Below, one piece after another: positions 35,273-45,496 of a stretch of 64,000 nt of DNA (the first letter of the stretch is position 1; every line of letters starts with the position of its first letter). The notes under the pieces are model-generated. The model made no database searches. It was not told where the DNA came from and worked only from the letters and a program-made list of their open reading frames with translations. This DNA comes from an uncultured Clostridia bacterium (GTDB lineage Bacteria > Aerophobota > Aerophobia > Aerophobales > B3-G15): the NCBI GenBank assembly GCA_964482715.1, contig CAYZYX010000002.1:10816-74815 (forward strand), given 5' to 3'. The position numbers and the translations under genes are program-made.

Positions 35273-35722
35273 TTATTGCTCTTCCCTCAAATAATCCCCA
35301 CTTTTTCCTCCTCTTTTTTTAATAAGCCGCACATCAGAAAGATACATCTCTTTATTGGTTGCCTTACACATATCATAAATGGTTAATGCAGCTACCATAA
35401 CTGCGGTTAAAGCTTCCATTTCAACTCCTGTTCTGTCGGTAGCCTTCACCTGGGCTTCAATTTCAATTTTGTTTTCCTTTAACTCAAAATTTACCTTGGC
35501 TCCTGTAATCTTTACGGGATGACAGAGAGGGATAATATACGGGGTTTTCTTTACGGCCAGAATTGCTGCTATTTGAGCGCAGCTTAACACATCGCCTTTG
35601 GGGAGTTTTCCCTCTTTTATAAGCTTCAAGGTTTCAGGGGATAAAATGACCTCACCTTTAGCTACCGCTTCCCTGAAGGTGGTGGGTTTTCCAGTGATCT
35701 CAATCATACTTATTTTATTCAA
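35273..35722 (-). CDS. moaC: Cyclic pyranopterin monophosphate synthase accessory protein MoaC
   Basis: 149 aa. The segments TDRTGVEMEALTAVMVAALTIYDMCKA are conserved MoaC blocks. Confidence 0.85.
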   Translation of the reverse strand: MNKISMIEITGKPTTFREAVAKGEVILSPETLKLIKEGKLPKGDVLSCAQIAAILAVKKTPYIIPLCHPVKITGAKVNFELKENKIEIEAQVKATDRTGVEMEALTAVMVAALTIYDMCKATNKEMYLSDVRLIKKRGGKSGDYLREEQ

Positions 35723-35723
35723 C

Positions 35724-36692
35724 TTAACCTCCTATTTGAAACATAAATTTACCTGTTTTATGAAATTTTTCCATTATGGATATATTTCCCGTCCTTTTTT
35801 CTTTCTTAAAACCAAGTGCCAGATCAAAAATTTTTTTGAGGTCAGCTTCATCGCAATTTTTATCACGAAGTACATTTTTAAGATCCAGTTCATAACTGGA
35901 AAGTAAACATGGTCTTAACTTTCCATCAAAAGTAAGGCGTAAACGGTTACATCTTTCACAAAATGAATGACTGATAAAGCTTATAAATCCGATAGGATTC
36001 CCCGATTCCTTAAGCTGGTAGTAAGTGGCTGGCCCATTACCGATAAAGGAAGTTGGTTCGAGTTTACCCCATTTTTTCTCTATCGTGCTCTTTACGTGAC
36101 TGTTGGGGATGTACCATCTTGTCCCACCTATACCATTTATAGGCATATGCTCTATAAAACGGATGACCAAAGAATTTTTTTGGGCAAACTCAACAAAATC
36201 AAGTATTTCATCATCATTTATTCCCTTGAGGATCACCACGTTTATCTTAATGGGGGTTAAGTTTGCTCTTCTGGCGGCTTCTATACCTCTTAAAACCTGT
36301 GGAAGACTATCACGTCCGGTTATCCGGGCAAATTTTCTTCTTTTTAGACTGCTCAGACTAACATTTACACGAGAGATACCTGACTCTTTAAGTTTCAAAG
36401 CCAGACTTTCCAGCTTCGTTCCATTGGTGGTAATACTTACCTCTCTTATACTTTTTATCCGAACAATCATCCTTGCTAATGTAGGTAGATCTTTTCTAAG
36501 CAAAGGTTCACCACCGGTCAATCTTACCTTTGTTATCCCCGAAAATCCTGCCAGGTTTACCAGCTTTTTTATTTCCTCAAAACTTAAAAGTTCGCTTTTA
36601 TCCCGAATTTTTACTCCCTTCCTGGGACGACAGTAAATACAGTTAAAATTACACATGTCAGTTAGCGAAATTCTGAGATAATCTACATTCAA
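35724..36692 (-). CDS. moaA: GTP 3',8-cyclase MoaA (radical SAM)
   Basis: CNFNCIYCRP radical-SAM CxxxCxxC motif at the N-terminus and the C-terminal second-cluster cysteines CERCNRLRLTFDGKLRPC. 322 aa. Confidence 0.9.
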   Translation of the reverse strand: MNVDYLRISLTDMCNFNCIYCRPRKGVKIRDKSELLSFEEIKKLVNLAGFSGITKVRLTGGEPLLRKDLPTLARMIVRIKSIREVSITTNGTKLESLALKLKESGISRVNVSLSSLKRRKFARITGRDSLPQVLRGIEAARRANLTPIKINVVILKGINDDEILDFVEFAQKNSLVIRFIEHMPINGIGGTRWYIPNSHVKSTIEKKWGKLEPTSFIGNGPATYYQLKESGNPIGFISFISHSFCERCNRLRLTFDGKLRPCLLSSYELDLKNVLRDKNCDEADLKKIFDLALGFKKEKRTGNISIMEKFHKTGKFMFQIGG

Positions 36693-37900
36693 CCTAAAAC
36701 CTCCACCACAACTTCATCTCCGGCCCTCAACTTTTTCACATTTTCAGCCATCACAACTATGCCATTAGCCCATAGCATGGATTTTAATACTCCAGATTTC
36801 TGTGAGGGTGCGGGAATAGCCCAGTATTTTCCATCCTCTTCAACCAGCCTCACCCTTATAAAATTTTTTCTCCCGGAACTGTTTTTAACTTCTTCTTTCA
36901 AAATGGCCTTTATTTTGAACTTTTTCTTATACTCCTTGTGCCCCAGCATCTTAAAAATAGCTGGCTTTACCAGATTTTCAAAGTTCATCATGGAAGAGAC
37001 CGGATATCCGGGAAGTCCAAACACAAGTTTATTTCCTTTAATTCCAAAGAGGGTGGGTTTACCAGGCTTTGTGGCCACTTTCCAGAAAAGTATTTTCACT
37101 CCTGCCTCTTCCAGGACCTGTTTAACCAGGTCATATTTTCCTTCAGATACACCCCCGGATAAGAGTAAAATATCGCATGAAGAAACTGCCTTCTGTACCA
37201 CAGATAAAAGTTCTTCCGGGTCATCCCTGACAATACCTATCCTTTGAGGTTCACCTCCACTTGCTCTCACCTGAGAAAAAAGAGCAAAACTATTGCTATC
37301 ATAAATTTTACCTATCTCCAGCTTTTCACCCGGTTCTAAAACTTCATCACCTGTGGAGATGATAGCCACTCTGGGTTTTTGGGTTACCCTAACCTCTCTT
37401 CTGCCCAGAGCAGCAAGCATTCCCACTTCCTGAGGTCTTATCAGAGTTCCCCGAGAAAGAACTTTTTCTCCTTTTTTCACATCCTCACCAGCAAAACTCA
37501 CATTTTCTCCTTCTCTTATACACTTGAATATTTTTACCTTCTCCCCTTCACTATCCGTATCTTCCATCATCACTACTGCATCAGCCCCCTCGGGCATAGG
37601 CGCTCCCGTCATGATTCTAATTGCTTGACCGGGACGAACTTTAGATTCGATTCCACCTCCTGCGGCAAGCTCACCTGCAACCTTTAAAATTACAGGTTTA
37701 GTTTTTGAGGCGGAAATTGTATCTCGTGCCATTATCGCATATCCATCCATAGCTGCCCGATGAAAAGCTGGAATATCAAATTCACCCCAAATGTCCTCCG
37801 CTAAAACTCTTCCCGGGGAGGAAAGTAAATCAACTTTCTCATCAGGTAAAGTTAAAGCTTGCCGAAGAACAATTTCCAGGGCCTCTTCTAAAGGGATCAT
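36689..37900 (-). CDS. moeA: Molybdopterin molybdenumtransferase MoeA
   Basis: 403 aa with MoeA N-terminal, MoCF-biosynthesis and C-terminal domains (DIPAFHRAAMDGYA ... GGVSEG). Confidence 0.85.
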   Translation of the reverse strand: MIPLEEALEIVLRQALTLPDEKVDLLSSPGRVLAEDIWGEFDIPAFHRAAMDGYAIMARDTISASKTKPVILKVAGELAAGGGIESKVRPGQAIRIMTGAPMPEGADAVVMMEDTDSEGEKVKIFKCIREGENVSFAGEDVKKGEKVLSRGTLIRPQEVGMLAALGRREVRVTQKPRVAIISTGDEVLEPGEKLEIGKIYDSNSFALFSQVRASGGEPQRIGIVRDDPEELLSVVQKAVSSCDILLLSGGVSEGKYDLVKQVLEEAGVKILFWKVATKPGKPTLFGIKGNKLVFGLPGYPVSSMMNFENLVKPAIFKMLGHKEYKKKFKIKAILKEEVKNSSGRKNFIRVRLVEEDGKYWAIPAPSQKSGVLKSMLWANGIVVMAENVKKLRAGDEVVVEVLG

Positions 37901-38059
37901 ATTTTCCTCCTGATAAGAGATGATGAGTTTTTGGATTCCTTTTTGACTGTTTCAGGTGATTTTTCATGAAGGGTAAGCAGGTTAAGACTAATAAATAAGA
38001 TTATAGATACACAAATTAAAGGCAGGTTCCAGAGATTTGTTTTTTTTATTTTTTTCATT

Positions 38060-38100
38060 CTAAAGAAAAAGGCCAATATCGTTTGGAGAAGATATTGGCC
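38060..38100 (-). terminator. Rho-independent terminator downstream of the MarR gene
   Basis: Perfect 10-bp stem GGCCAATATC / GATATTGGCC with a 10-nt loop, followed on the minus strand by TTTTTCTTT. Confidence 0.55.
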
Positions 38101-38264
38101 TTATCGCAAAAAAGATTTCTTCTTTCCAAACGCGGGAGGCACAACCATTTCTGGTTGTACCCTACCGGCTATCTTCCATAGGCAAAGCCCTTAGGAGAGA
38201 TAGCTCGAAGAAATCAATCCAGCCACGTCAACTAAAAGCAACTATTTCAAGTATACTAAAAAAT

Positions 38265-38762
38265 TTAATGAGGGCAAGTCTCAACGGAAAACCTACTCTG
38301 ATTTTGTTTGCCAAAGATAGCCTGGAAAAGTTTTTCCATTAACTTGATAAGGTTACTCCTTTCCTCAACAGTTAGATTCTTCAATGAATTTTCCAGTATT
38401 TGTGTTCTCTCCTTTTCCAGAGTTTTAACAACCTCTTTCCCTTTTTGGGTGAGGCAAACTCTAACTACTCGCCGATCTTGTAGATCTGGTTTTCTAAGAA
38501 TAAGACCCTTTTCCACAAGCCGATCTGTTATTCTGGTTAAGGTGCTAAGATCCAGAGAGAGAACCTGACCAATATCTGACATGCAGGGGTGAGGATTTTC
38601 ATAGTAAATGTAACCGATAACTGTAACCTCAGGATGAGTAAGTGAAACAGACATTATTTTCTTTTTGCTTTCCCCGATGCACAACCTGGCTATGGCTGCA
38701 ATAAAATACATAAGTTTTACACTGGAGTCGTTTAAATCTTTGTCTGATTTATCTTTTTCCAT
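38265..38762 (-). CDS. MarR-family transcriptional regulator
   Basis: 165 aa with a winged-helix region: LSLDLSTLTRITDRLVEKGLILRKPDLQDRRVVRVCLTQKG. Confidence 0.8.
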   Translation of the reverse strand: MEKDKSDKDLNDSSVKLMYFIAAIARLCIGESKKKIMSVSLTHPEVTVIGYIYYENPHPCMSDIGQVLSLDLSTLTRITDRLVEKGLILRKPDLQDRRVVRVCLTQKGKEVVKTLEKERTQILENSLKNLTVEERSNLIKLMEKLFQAIFGKQNQSRFSVETCPH

Positions 38763-38777
38763 TTTGCTTTAAAAAAT

Positions 38778-40028
38778 TCAAAAACTTTGCTTTATCTCCA
38801 GGTAGAGAAAATCTTTATCATCCATCATACCAAATTGAGTATTTGACTTTCCCTCAAATACCATACCCCCAAAATCAAGATTAAACCCACCTCCAAGCTC
38901 ATAACTGACCTGTGAAGACAAAAGGTACTCTTGCATGGTCAAATTGTAGCTGGAAAGAATTTCAAGTTTTAGTTTCTCATGCCAGATATTATGGGTAAGA
39001 TTCACCACAAGAGAATTTTGCCATTCTTTTTGTTCACCGTAAAAAACCGAAAATTCCCTGGCCAAACTCTCTAATCCAGGATATTCATTTGGTGACTTGA
39101 AGTGGAAAACCTTTTTACCCACAAGCTGAAAAATTACATTCAGATTTTCTATCACAGGATAGCCCACTTCCAGAATATATCTTAAGTTAGGATTTTTAAT
39201 GGATAACGAGTCCCCGTTTTCATCCCGGGTTTGAAAATAGGCAACTTCACCTCTCAGATCAAGTTCTTCAAAGGTTGTAGCAAAATCAGCTCCATATATT
39301 TGAAGCCGATGGTGAACAGGGATCAAATTGATGATAGGGATTTGAGACAGATCAAACTCATAATCAGGAAAACTGTCCCAGGTATAAAGGTAGCTTAAGG
39401 AAAAATCAATTCTGCTCCCCATTCTATCAATTTTAATTCCCCAACTGCTGTTTTTAATTTGAGAGGTAGGCAACCTCGGATTTTTCAAATTTATGAAAGA
39501 GGGAAAAGAAAAATCAGGTAATTTGCTGGGGGTAAATTCCGGAATCCAAATTCCCTGAAAAATAAGAGCAGAGTCTTTAAAATAATTAACCTTTAAAGCA
39601 TTAATACTTATTCTCTGTTCTTCAAAGTCCGGTTTTATTCGAGAGTAGTCAACGGGATTGATGTTGTTGGTGGGAGTTTCTGTTCCATCAGCTCTTCCCC
39701 AGAATATGTACTGCTTTCCCAGGCGAATGTCTGTGGTAAGAGTATATAGGTCAAGGTAAGCTTCGTCAATTGCAAGATCGCCCTTTGACTCACCACCCAG
39801 ATCATTTCCGTAAAACTTAAAAGAGAAAAACCCTTTACCCACACTGTAAAGCGGAAAGTCAGATTCTAAGTTCGTCTCCAGATCAAATCTTTCCTTATCG
39901 TTTTCCGGAGAGGCGGTAAAATAATAAAAAGGTATCTTCCAGTATCCTTTGACCATAGCTGTACAGGGAATAGTGAAAATAAGGAAAATCAAGCAAGTGC
40001 CTGTGGCAAGGTATTTTCTTAATTCCAA
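38778..40028 (-). CDS. Outer-membrane beta-barrel protein (DUF1302-like) of an RND/MMPL export system
   Basis: 416 aa, signal peptide, alternating amphipathic beta-strand pattern, C-terminal ...EIKQSF ending in an aromatic residue. Third gene after the MMPL transporter. Confidence 0.45.
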   Translation of the reverse strand: MELRKYLATGTCLIFLIFTIPCTAMVKGYWKIPFYYFTASPENDKERFDLETNLESDFPLYSVGKGFFSFKFYGNDLGGESKGDLAIDEAYLDLYTLTTDIRLGKQYIFWGRADGTETPTNNINPVDYSRIKPDFEEQRISINALKVNYFKDSALIFQGIWIPEFTPSKLPDFSFPSFINLKNPRLPTSQIKNSSWGIKIDRMGSRIDFSLSYLYTWDSFPDYEFDLSQIPIINLIPVHHRLQIYGADFATTFEELDLRGEVAYFQTRDENGDSLSIKNPNLRYILEVGYPVIENLNVIFQLVGKKVFHFKSPNEYPGLESLAREFSVFYGEQKEWQNSLVVNLTHNIWHEKLKLEILSSYNLTMQEYLLSSQVSYELGGGFNLDFGGMVFEGKSNTQFGMMDDKDFLYLEIKQSF

Positions 40029-40030
40029 CT

Positions 40031-40861
40031 CTATCCTCCTCTCATCAGATATCTTGGGGTAAAGTAAAGATCTGGAATTTCTACATCCACCTTCATTTTT
40101 CTAAATATGAGTTCAGTTGAGTGGCCCGTTTGCACATTTTTCATGGTCATTTTATGGGCAATCCAGTACTTTTCCGCCAGGAGCTTGTATTCTTCCAGAG
40201 TCAGGACTTTCAGTAAATTACCCGTCTCATCGTAAAATTCTACTTTTCTAACTATAAAGTTCTCAGAATCGATCCAGGAAATCTTTTTAGAATACCCTGT
40301 CTCTTGCAGAACCTCTTCATCAGCAGGTGTAGCCTCAACTACATAGCATTTCCTTTCTTCGTATTCTTCCTCCCTCAACAGCCTGTACTTCCACTCATCA
40401 ATGTTTATTGCTTCCATATCCTTGTAGGTAAAATCAGAGCCCATAAAACTTCCCTTTTTGCCTCTGGCGGCAATTCGGCGAACTTTGTGTAATACTGGAA
40501 GATAAAGATATTGAAGGTCTGAACCCTTTTCCTGTTCCAGAGTGAGAAAACTGGTTCCGGCAACATCAGCAGGTTCAAGAAACTTCACATATCGTTTTTC
40601 CAGTCCGTTTTCGGTTTTGGAGTAAGATTGGAGTATTCTTTCTCTTACTCCACCTGTTTTGGAGATGAGTCTCATAATGAGCTTTCCCTCACTACCTTTT
40701 GGTACGGGTTGAGAGTCCATCCTTTCCATGATTTCCCTGCCAGTAAGGGCAAAACTTGTTCCGGAAAAAAGGCTTATAAGGATACCCGCCATGGCTAAGA
40801 TTAGCAGAACCTGCGTGACTTTTTTAAATTTAAATTTTTTCATCTTTTGCCTCCTGCTCAA
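40031..40861 (-). CDS. Outer-membrane lipoprotein-sorting (LolA-like, DUF1329-type) periplasmic protein
   Basis: 276 aa, with an N-terminal signal/anchor, encoded between the MMPL transporter and the OM barrel. This is a common RND-exporter accessory arrangement. Confidence 0.5.
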   Translation of the reverse strand: MSRRQKMKKFKFKKVTQVLLILAMAGILISLFSGTSFALTGREIMERMDSQPVPKGSEGKLIMRLISKTGGVRERILQSYSKTENGLEKRYVKFLEPADVAGTSFLTLEQEKGSDLQYLYLPVLHKVRRIAARGKKGSFMGSDFTYKDMEAINIDEWKYRLLREEEYEERKCYVVEATPADEEVLQETGYSKKISWIDSENFIVRKVEFYDETGNLLKVLTLEEYKLLAEKYWIAHKMTMKNVQTGHSTELIFRKMKVDVEIPDLYFTPRYLMRGG

Positions 40862-43161
40862 ATATCTTTAAATATTCTTGATCGGGTTAAGATAATGAGT
40901 CCGGGTAATACTGTCAAGGCTCCCGTTGCACTTATGAGCATAACCAGGCTCATGAGTTCTCCCATAAAATGATACCACTTTATACTTGAAAAAAGGAGAA
41001 CCAAAAAACCGGCTGCTACGGCGACAGCATTATAGAAGATAGCCTTTCCGGTAGTCCTTGTTGTGGCTATTAGTGCAGAAACACCTGGATTTTCAAGGCT
41101 TTCCGTTCTCAGTCGGGATATGAAATGAACTGCATAGTCTATACCTATTCCAACTGCAATAGCCGAAATAGCTACTGTTCCAATATTTAAAGGAATTTTA
41201 AACCACCCCATGACTCCAAAGTTAATTAAGATAGCAATACATATGGGAACAAGAGAAAAGAGGCCTGCTTTTATGGATCTGAAGATGCTGGCCGCTATGA
41301 TAAAAACAAGTACCAACGATAAGATAATACTTCTTATGAAAGTATTTACCAGCAGTTGATTTATTACGATAAAAAGAGAACCTGCTCCTGTCACATTTAC
41401 TTCTACCCCCGGGGGGAAATTTTTCTCCACGTAGGAATTAACAGCTCGAACCACTTTTTTTATCTCAGCGCTATGTCCACTTTTTAAAAAAACCATCATA
41501 TTAGCAGTCTGGAACTGGTTATCTACATAACTTTCAAAGTCCGTAGGATCACCGGAAAAGGAGTAAAGGAGGAGATACTGAGCTACCTCTTCACGAGTAT
41601 CAGGGATTCTGTAAAATTCCTCTCTATCTTCATGTAAAGCTTTATTTATTGACTTAATGAAATCATTTATGGAGCTTGTCCCTCCTACCTGGGGTAAATT
41701 TTTCAAGTGTTCTTCCAAGCCTTCCATAGCTTTCAGGATTAAAGGTTCCTTAATCTCTTCGGGATTGGGAGTTTTAACAATTACCTGAAGAGGAGTAGTC
41801 CCCACAAAATAGTGATTTAAAACATCCTCAGCAATCCGGTAAGGATTATTAGAAGGGAAAAACAAAAGTGGATTTGATTCTGTACTCGTGAGGGGGATTC
41901 CAGCTATAAAAAAGGCACAGATTATTCCAGCCACAATAAGAACAGTGATTTTTTTTCTGTAAACAAATTGGCCAAGCCTGGCAAGAATCAGGGAAAGGTA
42001 TTCCATTTTACCAGGGTTGCTTTTTTTTGAATACCTGGGGCCAGATTCAGGCAAAAGAAGAAGACAGGCAGGGATAAATATTAGGGAAAAACATAGAGCG
42101 GAAGCAATACCAAATCCAGTAAGAAGACCAAAAGTTCGAAGCCCCTCCATTTGTGATACAGCAAGAGAGATAAATCCAGCTATTGTTGTTAGACCAGCGA
42201 TTAAAACGGCATTTCCGACCCTGGTTAATGTTGCCTCTATACGGGAGTTTCTATCCTTCAAGTAGGAAACTTCATAGTATCGAGTTAATAAGTGAATTCC
42301 GTAAGCAGTTCCAACAGCCATAAGCAAAATGGGAAGAATAAAGGTTACTATAGAAAGAGGAATTTTTAACAGGCTCATTATTCCAATTGCCCACACAGTA
42401 CTTATTACGACAGTGCTAAGGGGAAGAATGACCCCCACTCCAGTTCTGAAGCTAAAGTATAAAATGATTACTATAACTCCGAGAATGATAGGAATCAAGT
42501 AGGAGAGGTCTTTTATCATCAAACCGCCCATGGCAGAATCAACAATTATTTTTCCTCCCACGTAGATTTTTTCGGGCCCCTCGTAACTTTTTGAAATTTC
42601 CTCCAGTTTTCTTGCCAGCATGGATTTGTCAGCCCCTTTTTTCACGGAGACCATTATGGCAGCAGCTTGATTATCACGGGAGACCACTCCCTCATACATT
42701 TTATTATCTTTAATTTTTCTCTTGAACTTTTCCATTTCTGTGTCAGTTTGGGGAATTTCGTCTCCCAGGATAGGAGAAATCTCAATCCCCCATTCTGTTC
42801 CCTTAATGTAGTCCACTTCTGTAGGAGAGATAACTTCATCAACTCCAGGGAGTTTTTCTATCTCTTTCGAGATAAGTCGAATTTTTCTTAGAGTTCCCGG
42901 ATTAAATATTTCTTGATTCTCTGGGACAACCACACCTATAAAAGCATATTCTCCTCTGGTCCCAAAAATTTCTTCAACCCTGTCAAGGTACTTTTTTGCG
43001 GGTATCTGAGGAATTTGTTTGGTAATATCTGTTTCCATTTCCAGATACCTGAACTGGAGTGCAAAAAATATAGTCAGGATGGTAATGATAATCACAATTG
43101 AGCGAGGATGTTTGATGATAAAACGAGATAACTTTTGCATAGCTTTATTTCTTTTTATCAA
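40858..43161 (-). CDS. RND-superfamily MMPL-type exporter (HpnN/putative lipid exporter family)
   Basis: 767 aa with two 6-TM bundles, each followed by a periplasmic domain. A sterol-sensing-domain-like TM block is present. Confidence 0.75.
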   Translation of the reverse strand: MIKRNKAMQKLSRFIIKHPRSIVIIITILTIFFALQFRYLEMETDITKQIPQIPAKKYLDRVEEIFGTRGEYAFIGVVVPENQEIFNPGTLRKIRLISKEIEKLPGVDEVISPTEVDYIKGTEWGIEISPILGDEIPQTDTEMEKFKRKIKDNKMYEGVVSRDNQAAAIMVSVKKGADKSMLARKLEEISKSYEGPEKIYVGGKIIVDSAMGGLMIKDLSYLIPIILGVIVIILYFSFRTGVGVILPLSTVVISTVWAIGIMSLLKIPLSIVTFILPILLMAVGTAYGIHLLTRYYEVSYLKDRNSRIEATLTRVGNAVLIAGLTTIAGFISLAVSQMEGLRTFGLLTGFGIASALCFSLIFIPACLLLLPESGPRYSKKSNPGKMEYLSLILARLGQFVYRKKITVLIVAGIICAFFIAGIPLTSTESNPLLFFPSNNPYRIAEDVLNHYFVGTTPLQVIVKTPNPEEIKEPLILKAMEGLEEHLKNLPQVGGTSSINDFIKSINKALHEDREEFYRIPDTREEVAQYLLLYSFSGDPTDFESYVDNQFQTANMMVFLKSGHSAEIKKVVRAVNSYVEKNFPPGVEVNVTGAGSLFIVINQLLVNTFIRSIILSLVLVFIIAASIFRSIKAGLFSLVPICIAILINFGVMGWFKIPLNIGTVAISAIAVGIGIDYAVHFISRLRTESLENPGVSALIATTRTTGKAIFYNAVAVAAGFLVLLFSSIKWYHFMGELMSLVMLISATGALTVLPGLIILTRSRIFKDI

Positions 43162-43253
43162 ATTTTGTATTTTACAAATAGTTTAGAAAAAAAATTACAT
43201 CTGACAATCTCACCTCTTCTATCTTTTCTAAAATCCACACAGGACAGGCGAAA

Positions 43254-44420
43254 TTACAGAGTATTTTCTTCCATCTGAGAGCGTAAAGCATCAAGAAGCT
43301 GTAGGTATCCCTGTAAGTCTTTTTCCTCAGCCGAAGCTCTTAACTTTTCCAGAGCCCTTTCCTGAATCTGTCTAATTCGTTCCCTGCTTACACCATACTT
43401 TTTCCCGATTTCTCTCAAAGAATAAGTCCTTTTATCTTCAAGGCCAAATCTCAATTTCAAAATATCAAGTTCACGTTCATCTTTAATTACCTTTACCAGA
43501 AGCTCCCTTACCTCCTTTTTTAACATCTCGAGTGTCAACTCATAAACAGGAGAAGGAATAGCAGTATCGGCAACGAAGTCAATAACTGATGTATCACCCT
43601 CTTCTCCCACCGGGCTGTCAAAAGAAACCGAATCCTGACTCAACCTCAAAATCTGTTTTGTTCTTTCTATTGAAACATCAAGACTTCCCGCAATTTCTTC
43701 AGGGGTAGGTTCTCTTTGATATTCTTGTTCTAATTTGCGAGAAGCGTAGGTTAATTTTTTTAATAGATGTGCAATGTGAACCGGAAGACGTATGGTTCTT
43801 GCCTGATCGGTTATAGCGCGAGCTAATGCCTGTTTGATCCACCAGCTGGCGTACGTGCTAAAACGGTTACCTATATCGGGATCAAACTTATCAACAGCGT
43901 GTGAGAGTCCTATATTGCCTTCCTGAATCAAGTCCGGGAGAGAGACTCCTCTATTAGCATATTTCTTGGCAAAGTTTACCACCAATCTGAGGTTTGCTTT
44001 CATCATTTCCCTTTTGTACTGTTCGTATATGTCTTTCACTCTAAACACTCGATTAATGAGATTCTCCATATCCTGTTCCATATCCTTCTCTATAGATCTA
44101 CAAATTTCGAGAATAGCTTCTTTGTTTTTAGAGAGAAAATCTATGAGTTCTCTGATTCGGTCCATATTATCTTTGAGAGTGGATATATCTTCTTTCCGGT
44201 AGCCTTTATCTGTAAAGAAATTCAAAAGTTCGTCTTTTTTGCTTACCTTTTTCAGTATATCCTCCAAAAGTTGAAATAGCTGCTCTCTTCTTTTCTTTAT
44301 TTTTCGAGTAAGTTCTACTTCCTGTTCTTTGGAAAGTAAAGGAGTCTTACCTATTTCTTGAAAATAACTGTCCAGGAGAAAATTGTTATGATCCCTGTCT
44401 TTTGTTCCTATTTCGTTCAC
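43254..44420 (-). CDS. RNA polymerase sigma-70 family factor (group 1/2, RpoD/RpoS-like)
   Basis: Region 1.2 ([18 protein letters not shown]), region 2 ([13 protein letters not shown] ... [10 protein letters not shown]) and region 4.2 ([20 protein letters not shown]). 388 aa. Apparent GTG start. Confidence 0.85.
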   Translation of the reverse strand: MNEIGTKDRDHNNFLLDSYFQEIGKTPLLSKEQEVELTRKIKKRREQLFQLLEDILKKVSKKDELLNFFTDKGYRKEDISTLKDNMDRIRELIDFLSKNKEAILEICRSIEKDMEQDMENLINRVFRVKDIYEQYKREMMKANLRLVVNFAKKYANRGVSLPDLIQEGNIGLSHAVDKFDPDIGNRFSTYASWWIKQALARAITDQARTIRLPVHIAHLLKKLTYASRKLEQEYQREPTPEEIAGSLDVSIERTKQILRLSQDSVSFDSPVGEEGDTSVIDFVADTAIPSPVYELTLEMLKKEVRELLVKVIKDERELDILKLRFGLEDKRTYSLREIGKKYGVSRERIRQIQERALEKLRASAEEKDLQGYLQLLDALRSQMEENTL

Positions 44421-44739
44421 TTTATTACCCCACTTTTTGTATTTTTAATCCTTCCATCCAAAAGATTTTTGTAATAAAATCTCTGGAAGGAAGGGATCAG
44501 GCGGGAAATCTTCGTAAAATATATTATAGTCAAATTTTCCCCTTCGTCAACCCCCCGCACCAAGTTGTCAATTAAATTTTAAAGTTTAAATCACTATAAA
44601 ATAAGTGAAATTTTAAAATCTAATTGACACTCAATATGTCTAAACTTGACACCAATTTTTTCTCGTTATAGGTTAATAGAAGATCTGAGGTTCAAAAATA
44701 ATAAGTAGTGTTTTTGATCAATTAGAAAGAGGTTGGAAG

Positions 44740-45480
44740 ATGCGTTTCAAGAACAAGGTGGTTCTGATAACCGGGGCGGCTCAAGGAATAGGGAAAGCTA
44801 CCGCTCTTGCTTTTGCTAAAGAAGGAGCAAATCTGGTTCTGGTAGACGTGAGAGAGCTTTCGGGCGTCAAGCAAACCGTTGAAAGAGAAAAAAGAAAGGT
44901 TCTTGCCTTGCAGGTTGATGTTTCTACTTCAGGCATGGTGGAAGAAATGGTTAAAGCCACGGTAGATGAGTTTGGCAGACTTGACATTCTGGTTAATAAT
45001 GCCGGAGTTGTCTCTCGAGGTATAATTGAAAAGATAACCGATGAGGAACTGGATAGAGTTTTGGACATTAATTTCAAAGGAGTTTTTTATTGTTGTAGGG
45101 CAGTTATCCCAATTATGAAAAAACAACACTATGGCAAGATAGTAAATGTGTCCTCAATTACTGCAAAGAGAGGTGACAATACAACGGCTCCCTGTTACGG
45201 AGCATCCAAAGGGGCAATTTTAACGCTAACCAGATCACTGGCCAGACAACTTGGACCGTTTGGTATTAATGTTAATGCAGTCGCTCCACACGCTATTGAC
45301 ACTCCTATGATGGAATACTGGGATGAAACAAAAAGAAAAGCTGTTATTGAGTCTTTACCCGTTCGTAGAATGGGAAAGCCAGAGGATGTGGCCTTTGCAA
45401 TACTTTTTTTGTGTTCAGATGAAGCCAGCTTTATTACTGGTGAGACTCTTAATATTAATGGGGGATACTTGATGGATTAA
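44740..45480 (+). CDS. Short-chain dehydrogenase/reductase (FabG-like)
   Basis: TGAAQGIGKA Rossmann motif and catalytic YGASKGA (YxxxK). 246 aa. Confidence 0.85.
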   Translation: MRFKNKVVLITGAAQGIGKATALAFAKEGANLVLVDVRELSGVKQTVEREKRKVLALQVDVSTSGMVEEMVKATVDEFGRLDILVNNAGVVSRGIIEKITDEELDRVLDINFKGVFYCCRAVIPIMKKQHYGKIVNVSSITAKRGDNTTAPCYGASKGAILTLTRSLARQLGPFGINVNAVAPHAIDTPMMEYWDETKRKAVIESLPVRRMGKPEDVAFAILFLCSDEASFITGETLNINGGYLMD

Positions 45481-45496
45481 TGGGAAAAATGTTCAA

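Noticed and set aside
37901-38264. A full-length Moco riboswitch upstream of moeA
   Set aside because: The leader between the best -10 and the RBS is only about 100 nt, and I cannot match the Moco consensus by eye. It is downgraded to a low-interest flag pending a covariance-model search.
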